From Actinomycetota bacterium (lineage in GTDB: Bacteria > Actinomycetota > Acidimicrobiia > Spongiisociales > UBA5794), in the NCBI GenBank assembly GCA_013151445.1, contig JAADIG010000022.1:1347-65346 (forward strand): 64,000 nucleotides of DNA, read 5' to 3'. Positions 56,969 through 64,000 of this stretch are shown here, in pieces. The position numbers and the translations under genes are program-made. The number at the start of each line of letters is the position of its first letter. Within the stretch, counting starts at the first letter, position 1. The notes under the pieces are model-generated. The model was not told where the DNA came from and searched no databases. It saw only the letters and a list, made by a program, of their open reading frames with translations.

Positions 56969-58054
56969 ATGGATCTAAATTCCCCTCAGAATTACCTCGC
57001 GGTCATAAAAGTGGTTGGTGTCGGTGGTGGCGGTGTCAATGCCGTCAACCGGATGATTGACGCCGGTGTTGGCGGTGTTGAGTTCATCGCGATCAACACC
57101 GACGCCCAGGCGTTGTTGATGTCGGACGCCGATGTCAAGCTCGACATCGGGCGCGACTCGACACGCGGTCTTGGTGCCGGTGCCAACCCTGAAGTAGGAC
57201 GCGAGGCCGCCGAGGCGCATCGCGACGAGCTTGAAGATGCGCTTCAGGGTGCGGACATGGTGTTTATCACCGCTGGCGAAGGCGGTGGCACCGGTACCGG
57301 TGCGGCACCGGTCGTCGCCGACATCTCACGCAGCCTGGCCGCGTTGACCGTTGGTGTGGTGACGAGACCGTTCGGCTTCGAAGGCCGGCGTCGGTCGGTG
57401 CAGGCGGAGCAGGGCATCCAGGAACTCCGCGCCGCAGTGGACACACTCATCATCATTCCCAACCAGCGGCTGCTCGAAGTTGCCGACCCGAAGACGTCGG
57501 TCCTCGACGCCTTCCGAATGGCGGACGATGTTCTGACAAACGGTGTGCGAGGCATCACCGACCTCATCACCACACCGGGGTTGATCAACGTCGACTTTGC
57601 TGACGTGAAGACCGTCATGAGTGACGCCGGGTCTGCGGTTATGGGCATTGGAAACTCCACCGGGGAGAATCGCGCCGAGCAAGCCGCAAACAAGGCCATC
57701 TCATCACCGTTGCTCGAAACGTCGATGGAGGGTGCCCGTGGTGTGTTGCTCTCCGTATCTGGCCCGTCTGATATGTCCCTCTACGAGGTGAGCGTCGCGG
57801 CGAGTCTTATTGCTGATCACACCGAGGCCGATGCCAACATCATCTTCGGTGCGGTCATCGACGACACGCTGGGCGACGAGATGAGAGTTACGGTGATCGC
57901 CGCAGGTTTCGATCGCGACGGCCGACCCCGTAGCGGGGCGAGTTATACGGCCACTTCCTCGCGTACCGATTCTCAAACATCACCAGCGTCAGAATCTACT
58001 CCTGCACCAGGGAATGACGATGACCTTGACATCCCTGGATTCCTCCAGGGATGA
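56969..58054 (+). CDS. ftsZ: cell division GTPase FtsZ
   Basis: [13 protein letters not shown] tubulin signature, a disordered C-terminal linker and conserved DIPGFLQ tail. ATG 56969 is preceded by GGAG. The TTG at 56942 is less likely. Confidence 0.9.
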   Translation: MDLNSPQNYLAVIKVVGVGGGGVNAVNRMIDAGVGGVEFIAINTDAQALLMSDADVKLDIGRDSTRGLGAGANPEVGREAAEAHRDELEDALQGADMVFITAGEGGGTGTGAAPVVADISRSLAALTVGVVTRPFGFEGRRRSVQAEQGIQELRAAVDTLIIIPNQRLLEVADPKTSVLDAFRMADDVLTNGVRGITDLITTPGLINVDFADVKTVMSDAGSAVMGIGNSTGENRAEQAANKAISSPLLETSMEGARGVLLSVSGPSDMSLYEVSVAASLIADHTEADANIIFGAVIDDTLGDEMRVTVIAAGFDRDGRPRSGASYTATSSRTDSQTSPASESTPAPGNDDDLDIPGFLQG

Positions 58055-58680
58055 GCGAAGGTGTCAGCGTTGCGGACGCGGCGTTTGGCGATGCGACATA
58101 CGGCGATGCTCGTTTTGACAGTCGCGCAAGGGCAAGGCTTTCCGCAGACCTCGGCATATCAGATGAGTGGGCGTACATCTTTCAGGTTCACGGCACCGCC
58201 TTCGTGGCTGCGACCGGCCCCGGGAATTGTGGTGAGGCCGACATCATTCTGACGACGGTACCGGGGCTCCCGGTCGCGATCGCAACTGCGGACTGCGTTC
58301 CGATCGTCTTGTGGTCCGAAACTACCGTGGCGGTGGTTCACGCCGGGTGGCGCGGCGCATCCGCAGGCGTTGTGCGGACGGCTATTCACGCGATGGAATC
58401 CGATGGTGTACCCGTCAACCGTGCAGCGATCGGCCCGGCCATTTGTCGGAGCTCCTTCGAGGTTGGTGAGGACGTCCTTGCGCTGTTTCCCGGGTTCGGT
58501 TCGACGACCGATTGGGGCACTCCCGCGGTGGACTTGGTCGGCGCGATCCGGGACCAGCTTGGAGCGATTCCGCATGTGGTTGAGGAGATCTGCACGTTCG
58601 AGGATGCGGCGTATTATTCGTATCGGCGAGACGCGACAAAGGGACGGCAGGTAACGGTGGCATGGTTGCCGAACGGTTAA
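58051..58680 (+). CDS. pgeF: peptidoglycan editing factor PgeF (YfiH/DUF152 purine nucleoside phosphorylase-like laccase domain)
   Basis: HGTAF...ADCVPIVLW...HAGWRG Cys-His-His triad pattern. Follows ftsZ as in other actinobacteria. ATGA overlap with ftsZ. Confidence 0.8.
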   Translation: MSEGVSVADAAFGDATYGDARFDSRARARLSADLGISDEWAYIFQVHGTAFVAATGPGNCGEADIILTTVPGLPVAIATADCVPIVLWSETTVAVVHAGWRGASAGVVRTAIHAMESDGVPVNRAAIGPAICRSSFEVGEDVLALFPGFGSTTDWGTPAVDLVGAIRDQLGAIPHVVEEICTFEDAAYYSYRRDATKGRQVTVAWLPNG

Positions 58681-59324
58681 CAACGGTCCATCGACGTGTG
58701 GACGACGCGGCCCGTCGCGCGGGCCGCAGCGACCGACCGGTCGTTGTTGCTGTTTCCAAGACACATCCGGCCGCGCTGGTACTCGAGGCGTATGCAGCGG
58801 GTCACAGAGTGTTCGGGGAGAACCGTCTCCAGGAACTACAGACCAAGGCGCCATTGCTTCCGGACGACATTGAGTGGCATCTGGTCGGTGCATTGCAATC
58901 CCGCAAGGCTCGGGTTGCTTCCCAGATCGCATCGATGCTGCACGGTGTCGACCGGCTCAAGCTCGTGGACCGCCTTGACCCGTGTGGTGCGAGCGTGCTC
59001 GTGCAGGTGAATCTCGCCGGGGAGCAGCAGAAGGCGGGTGCGTCGGTGGACGCCGTCGCACCGCTCGTCGAGGCGTTGGTTGCGGCCTCGGTGCCAGTCG
59101 TTGGTCTGATGCAGATACCCCCGCAGCCAAAAGCCGGGGAAGATTCCCGAAAGTGGTTCTCGAAGTTGCGCGACTTACGCGACCTGTTGGTCCGAGATTG
59201 GCCTACAGTGAGAGAGCTTTCCATGGGGATGACCGACGACTACGAGGTGGCAATCGAGGAAGGTGCCACCATTATCCGTGTCGGACGGGCTATCTTTGGG
59301 GCAAGGTCAACGCAGCAACCGTAG
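58662..59324 (+). CDS. yggS: YggS family pyridoxal phosphate homeostasis protein
   Basis: Alanine-racemase N-terminal-like TIM barrel with the PLP Lys in VAVSKTHP. Conserved post-ftsZ position. Confidence 0.85.
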   Translation: MVAERLTTVHRRVDDAARRAGRSDRPVVVAVSKTHPAALVLEAYAAGHRVFGENRLQELQTKAPLLPDDIEWHLVGALQSRKARVASQIASMLHGVDRLKLVDRLDPCGASVLVQVNLAGEQQKAGASVDAVAPLVEALVAASVPVVGLMQIPPQPKAGEDSRKWFSKLRDLRDLLVRDWPTVRELSMGMTDDYEVAIEEGATIIRVGRAIFGARSTQQP

Positions 59325-59349
59325 AACGAAAAGGCAAGGCCCACCAACA

Positions 59350-59961
59350 ATGGCATCACTTTGGAACAAGGCGCTCTTTCAGCTGGGGCTCGTCGACGAC
59401 GACCAGGTTGTTGCCGCCGAGGAACAGCACGCTGTCGACGCACAGGGCGATTCGACCGGGGTCCGTCGTGTGGAGACGCCACAACAGCAGGCAGTTCGAC
59501 CGCTTGCGCCTCCGGTACAGTCGACCTCCTCGTACGGTGTCACGGGACGTCGTGTCGAACCACCGTCGATGGCGCGACGCCGCGTGTCGGCGAACCCATC
59601 GCATGCCGAGGCTGGCATGATCGTCCAAGGTCGGGCCGGAGCGCCTCTTGAGGCAGAAAGTATGTCGCCCCAAATGCACAATGAATCTGAACTCGTTGTC
59701 GCCCGATCCTTTGACGACGCCAAGGCTTTAGCCGATCATATCCGGGCTAGTCGGCCGGTCGTAATGGATCTGCGCGGGACGGAGCCCGAGATGGTGCGGC
59801 GTCTAGTCGACTTCGCCAGCGGCCTTACCTATGCGCTTGCGGGCAACATGTCGAAGATTGCTCAGGGTGTCATTCTCGTCACACCTCCCAATACGGGCAT
59901 CTCGGTCAACGAGCGCCAGCGTCTCGCCGACCTCGGTCTGTACGCCGGCCCGATTCGATAA
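59350..59961 (+). CDS. sepF: cell division protein SepF
   Basis: N-terminal amphipathic MASLWNKALFQLGL and C-terminal DUF552 domain VVARSFDDAKALADHIRASRPVVMDL. Confidence 0.8.
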   Translation: MASLWNKALFQLGLVDDDQVVAAEEQHAVDAQGDSTGVRRVETPQQQAVRPLAPPVQSTSSYGVTGRRVEPPSMARRRVSANPSHAEAGMIVQGRAGAPLEAESMSPQMHNESELVVARSFDDAKALADHIRASRPVVMDLRGTEPEMVRRLVDFASGLTYALAGNMSKIAQGVILVTPPNTGISVNERQRLADLGLYAGPIR

Positions 59962-59970
59962 CGACATCGT

Positions 59971-60231
59971 ATGAATGGTTTGCGCACGCTTATTGATATT
60001 GCCATTTGGACGATCATCATCTGGATCGTCCTGGGGTACATCGTGGTGCTCGGTCGGGTTCCCTGGGGCCATCCTGTCCGTAAGGTCTACGATGCGCTAC
60101 AAGATGTGATGCAGCGCGTTCTGCGACCGCTACGAAATGTGCTCCCACCGGTACGCATTGGCGGGGCTGCACTCGACCTTGCACCCCTGGTTCTGATTCT
60201 CGGACTATCGCTTCTGCGCGGGTTCCTCTAA
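59971..60231 (+). CDS. yggT: YggT family membrane protein
   Basis: 86-aa two-TM protein in the conserved position after sepF. Confidence 0.75.
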   Translation: MNGLRTLIDIAIWTIIIWIVLGYIVVLGRVPWGHPVRKVYDALQDVMQRVLRPLRNVLPPVRIGGAALDLAPLVLILGLSLLRGFL

Positions 60232-60281
60232 GGGATATCGATACTGATGCGGTGGCTCATCGCCTCGGGTAGGCTTTCCGG

Positions 60282-61121
60282 ATGGACATGACGGCATCCA
60301 CGGCGAGTAGCGTGAAATTCTCCCGTGACGGGCGTGGTTACGAGGTAGACGCAGTCGAGGCGTTCCGCAGTGCCGTGGTGGATGTGTTGGCGCGCTACGA
60401 GGCCGATCTGCGAGCGGCGGTGAGTCGCATCGAAGAGCTCGAAGCCGAACTTCCCGACTCCACCGATCGGCGAATCCGCCGGACACGGGACTTGGTGGAG
60501 TCGTACGAGTTGCTGTTTGCGGGTGCGGAGTCTGTTGCTGCGGCACGGGAAGAGCGGCGAATGCAGGCTGCTCTCCAGAGCATGGTGTCGGCCGACTTGG
60601 CCGCAGAGCTCGAAGCCTCCCGTTCAACGGTGCAAGCTGCCCGCGAGGACGAGGCCGTGGACATCGTCGACCATGCTCGACGGGTTGCTACCCGTACCCG
60701 CGAGATGGCGGACGAGGAAGGCAAAACGAAGGCTGCTGCGGCACGTACCGTCCTTGCAGAGGCTCAACGCATTGCTGATGAGCAGACCCGGGTTACGACC
60801 GAGTTACGCAATGCAAGCGTCATTGCTGAGCAGCGTCTCGATTCGTTGGTCCGCCACATTGCTCGGGAGATGAACGCATTGCAGAGCATCCTGTCAGTCG
60901 ACCACGGCGAGGTTGTCGCGACTCCATATGATGTTGGGCCCCCCGCCTCGACGCACCCCCAGGACAGTGGGACGTCCGGTGATGCCGAAGCATTGGCGGA
61001 CCCCTTCAGTATCACGGTCGATCTCACCGAGGCACCCGATCCCGAGCGCGATGGGTTCTACGAACGCCGCCTCAGTGGCCTGCGTCGCCGTATCGAGGCC
61101 GCCGAAGCCACGGAGTCCTAG
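60282..61121 (+). CDS. divIVA: DivIVA domain protein (Wag31-like)
   Basis: N-terminal FSRDGRGYEVDAVEAF DivIVA lipid-binding motif followed by coiled coils. Confidence 0.85.
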   Translation: MDMTASTASSVKFSRDGRGYEVDAVEAFRSAVVDVLARYEADLRAAVSRIEELEAELPDSTDRRIRRTRDLVESYELLFAGAESVAAAREERRMQAALQSMVSADLAAELEASRSTVQAAREDEAVDIVDHARRVATRTREMADEEGKTKAAAARTVLAEAQRIADEQTRVTTELRNASVIAEQRLDSLVRHIAREMNALQSILSVDHGEVVATPYDVGPPASTHPQDSGTSGDAEALADPFSITVDLTEAPDPERDGFYERRLSGLRRRIEAAEATES

Positions 61122-61136
61122 GCGCCGGGTCGGTGA

Positions 61137-64000
61137 CTAGGACTCGTGCACCGATACAGACACTGCAATCGTTCGACCATCGAGTTCGAGTCGGTGCTCA
61201 AGTGGGCCGTCCGTTTGGCGGATCACCACAGCAAGACACTCCCCTCGAATCAACGCATCGTGTGACTTGATAGCCGCGGCCACGATTGGGTCGTCAGTCG
61301 CCCAATCGATGGCGACCCGATCGCTGACATCGAGATCCGCCGCACGCCTCAGACCCTGGATCCGGTTGATGAACTCGCGGGCAATTCCTTCGGAGCGGAG
61401 GTCGTCGGTTACGGTCGTGTCAAGCGCAACGGTGATGTCGAATGCGGTCGTCACAACGAGGTTTACGCGAGGTTCGCGCTGGACGGCGATGTCTTCGAGC
61501 GAAATCCCATGACCCGCAACTTCGACTCGTTCGCCACCAAGCAGCATGCAGAGGCTGTCGTGGTCCAGATCTGCGATCGCCGTCGCGATTGACCGCATGT
61601 CCTTGCCGAATCGTGGGCCAAGTTTCTTGAAGTTCGCCTTCGCTGAGAGAGTGACGAGATCAGTCTCGTCGGCCTCGACAACGACGTTGTGTACATTGAG
61701 TTCATCCTTGACGAGCGCTGCGTGGTTCTTGATCGCCGCCCGTTCAGCAGGGTCACGAGAGACAACTGTGAGAGTCGCCAGCGGCTGCCGGACCCGCAGG
61801 TCGTGCTGACGCCTCAGTCGACGACCGAGGTTCACAACGGTGCGAACCGCAGTCATCGACCGCTCAAGGGATTCATCGATCGCCGTTTCGTCCGCTTCCG
61901 GGTAGTCCGTGAGGTGGATGCTTGGCGCCGCGACCGGGTCCTGGTTGCGCTCGAGCACCTGGTAGATGTCCTCTGTGATGAACGGAAGGATCGGTGCAGC
62001 GACTCGGCCGAAGATGGTGAGTACCTCGTGAAGCGTTGCGAACGCGGCGAGTTTGTCGGCGTCACTATCGGTGCGTTGCCTCCAGAAGCGACGCCGCGAT
62101 CTACGGATGTACCAGTTCGTGAGGTCATCGATGAAGTCAAGGATCGGAGGGATGACCGCAAACAGGCGATACTGCTCCATTTCCTGGTTGACGTCGCGCA
62201 GCAGCGATTGGAGAACCGAGACGATCCAGCGGTCGATTTCCGGACGGTCCGCAAGCGGTGGGGCCGCGAGCAGGTCTTCGCCGGTGAGCCCATCGGCATC
62301 TGCATACAGCGAAAAGAACGAGAAGGCGTTCCAATAGGGCAGCAATACGGTACGCACCACATCGCGAACGCCCTGTTCCTGAAAGCGCAACGGTTCGCCG
62401 CGCACCACGGGCGAATTGATCAAGTAGGCGCGCAGCGCATCACCGCCGAATTCGTCGATGACACCCGTCGGGTCGGGGTAGTTCTTGAGGCTCTTGGACA
62501 TCTTCCGTCCATCTTCGGCGAGGATCAGGCCAGTCACGATGCAGTTCTGGAACGGTGCCTTGTCGAAGATTGCGGTTCCCAACACGAGCAGTGTGTAAAA
62601 CCAACCGCGGGTCTGGTCGAGGCCTTCAGCGATGAAGTCGGCCGGATATCGGGTAGCGAATTGCTCTTGATTCTCGAAGGGGTAATGCATCTGGGCGTAT
62701 GGCATCGATCCCGACTCGAACCAGCAGTCCAGAACTTCTGGGACTCGCTGCATTGTTCCCGCGCCACACTCACAGGGGAATGTGACGGGGTCGACGATGT
62801 GTTTGTGGAGGTCGTCGACCATAACGCCGGAACGTTCGAAGAGGTCCTGGCGAGAGCCGATACAAACCGACTCTCCACAACTTTCGCACTCCCACACCGG
62901 GATGCAGGAACCCCAATACCGATTCCGGCTGATCGCCCAGTCGCGGGCGTTCTCCAGCCAGTTCCCGAACCGTTTTGCGCCAACGGCTTCGGGCACCCAA
63001 CGGATGTCTCGGTTTCTCTCCACCATTCGGTCTCGGAAGGATTCAACCTTCACGAACCATGTGGGGATGGCGCGATAGATAAGAGGGGTGCCAGTTCTCC
63101 AACAAAACGGGTAGCTGTGGTTGATCTGCTCGCGGCGCACAAGCTTCCCGGCCGCCTTGAGAAGGTCGATGATGATGGCATCGGCTTCCTTCACCGGCAC
63201 GCCAACAAGTTCGGGGCCTACCTCATCGGTGAATCTTGCTCTCGCGTCGAGGGGTTCGACGAGGGCGTCGATACCGGCTGCCTGGAACGCGTTGAAGTCG
63301 GTCTCACCGTAGGCGGGCGCCATGTGGACGAGTCCGGTGCCTTCATCGGTTGTGACCTCCGGGTTGACGATCACACGGAACGCGCCGGCAGCAGCCTTGT
63401 CTGCGAAGTAGTCAAAGATCGGCTCATACGGGGCGCCAACCATGTCTCGCCCCACGGCTGTGGCGACCGGCTCCGCATCCGGTGCGTAGTACTCGACACG
63501 TTCCGGAGCAAGCCAATGACGTCCCTCGAAACCACCGGGAAGACCGTCGACAGCGACGTATGTCACATCCTCACCGACTGCTGCTGCGAGGTTGGAGGGG
63601 AGTGTCCAGGGTGTCGTCGTCCACACCAGCAGGAAATCCCCCTCCTTCAGAGGGCCATGGTTTTCGGTGACCCGCAGACGCACCGTGATCGACGGATCAT
63701 CAACGTCGCGGTAGTCCAGGTTCGCTTCAAAGTTCGACAGCGGCGTCGTTGCACCAAAGGAATAGGGGAGCACCTTGTATGCCTGGTAGATCAGGTCACG
63801 GTCCCACAGTTCCTTGAACACCCACCACACGGTTTCCATGAAGTCGACGTCCATCGTCTTGTAGTCGTCCTCGAAATCAACCCACCGGCCGACCCGGTCC
63901 ATGATGTCTTCCCACTCCTGGGTGGTGGTGTTCACCATGGCGCGGCATGCTTCGTTGAACGTGTCGACGCCGATCGCCTGGATCTCCTGGGGACCCGACA
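61137..64000 (-). CDS. ileS: isoleucine--tRNA ligase, N-terminally truncated by the window edge
   Basis: KMSKS motif (RKMSKSLKNY), editing and anticodon-binding domains, and a C-terminal zinc-finger-less tail. The reading frame continues open beyond 63938 to the window end. Confidence 0.9.
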   Translation of the reverse strand, partial: SGPQEIQAIGVDTFNEACRAMVNTTTQEWEDIMDRVGRWVDFEDDYKTMDVDFMETVWWVFKELWDRDLIYQAYKVLPYSFGATTPLSNFEANLDYRDVDDPSITVRLRVTENHGPLKEGDFLLVWTTTPWTLPSNLAAAVGEDVTYVAVDGLPGGFEGRHWLAPERVEYYAPDAEPVATAVGRDMVGAPYEPIFDYFADKAAAGAFRVIVNPEVTTDEGTGLVHMAPAYGETDFNAFQAAGIDALVEPLDARARFTDEVGPELVGVPVKEADAIIIDLLKAAGKLVRREQINHSYPFCWRTGTPLIYRAIPTWFVKVESFRDRMVERNRDIRWVPEAVGAKRFGNWLENARDWAISRNRYWGSCIPVWECESCGESVCIGSRQDLFERSGVMVDDLHKHIVDPVTFPCECGAGTMQRVPEVLDCWFESGSMPYAQMHYPFENQEQFATRYPADFIAEGLDQTRGWFYTLLVLGTAIFDKAPFQNCIVTGLILAEDGRKMSKSLKNYPDPTGVIDEFGGDALRAYLINSPVVRGEPLRFQEQGVRDVVRTVLLPYWNAFSFFSLYADADGLTGEDLLAAPPLADRPEIDRWIVSVLQSLLRDVNQEMEQYRLFAVIPPILDFIDDLTNWYIRRSRRRFWRQRTDSDADKLAAFATLHEVLTIFGRVAAPILPFITEDIYQVLERNQDPVAAPSIHLTDYPEADETAIDESLERSMTAVRTVVNLGRRLRRQHDLRVRQPLATLTVVSRDPAERAAIKNHAALVKDELNVHNVVVEADETDLVTLSAKANFKKLGPRFGKDMRSIATAIADLDHDSLCMLLGGERVEVAGHGISLEDIAVQREPRVNLVVTTAFDITVALDTTVTDDLRSEGIAREFINRIQGLRRAADLDVSDRVAIDWATDDPIVAAAIKSHDALIRGECLAVVIRQTDGPLEHRLELDGRTIAVSVSVHES

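Noticed and set aside
1-64000. CRISPR arrays, rRNA, tRNA, IS elements
   Set aside because: No direct-repeat or spacer periodicity, no rRNA/tRNA signatures, and no transposase or inverted-repeat-flanked unit seen. The only recombinase-like ORF lacks a DNA-binding domain and flanking repeats.

Overview
High-GC (~65%) chromosomal segment from an actinobacterium; the gene content and order suggest an Acidimicrobiia/Actinomycetota lineage. I could support about 66 protein-coding genes and found no rRNA, tRNA, CRISPR array or obvious mobile element.

Layout, left to right:
- 1-15.9 kb: one long minus-strand operon. It encodes 2-oxoacid dehydrogenase E1 beta and alpha, a PNP/MTAN-family protein, an IUNH nucleoside hydrolase, a LacD-family class I aldolase, a PotABC-like ABC importer with a lipoprotein substrate-binding protein, an AraA/FucI-family isomerase, DhaL and DhaK, an EryC-like TIM-barrel sugar-phosphate isomerase, a SorC regulator and a GlpD/EryB-like FAD dehydrogenase. 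I read this as a candidate undescribed sugar or nucleoside-sugar catabolic route.
- 16-19.5 kb: queG, followed by a tightly coupled cassette of four genes: a double zinc-ribbon membrane protein, a small membrane protein, a metallophosphoesterase and a SAM methyltransferase.
- 19.6-23.7 kb: an SRPBCC protein, ROK glucokinase, DUF1232 protein, aminotransferase and threonine aldolase.
- 23.7-28 kb: fabD-fabH-fabG-acpP-fabF.
- 28-32.7 kb: a membrane-protein and lipoprotein trio, a histidine phosphatase divergent from dinB, and a DUF3040-MerR pair.
- 32.7-37.2 kb: the MoxR - DUF58 - transglutaminase triad.
- 37.2-42.3 kb: a hypothetical proline-rich protein, a resolvase-catalytic-domain-only protein divergent from an HNH endonuclease, an orphan 499-aa secreted protein, a universal stress protein and a PanE-like reductase.
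- 42.3-42.7 kb: a G-quadruplex-prone region with MraZ-type direct repeats ahead of the division/cell-wall (dcw) cluster.
- 42.7-61.1 kb: mraZ-rsmH-ftsL-ftsI-murE-murF-mraY-murD-ftsW-murG-murC-murB-ftsQ-ftsZ-pgeF-yggS-sepF-yggT-divIVA. There is no ftsA or ddl, and many start/stop overlaps are GTGA or ATGA.
- 61.1-64 kb: convergent ileS, truncated at the window edge.

The ORF track counts GTG and TTG as M. Several starts were refined by domain boundaries and Shine-Dalgarno motifs.
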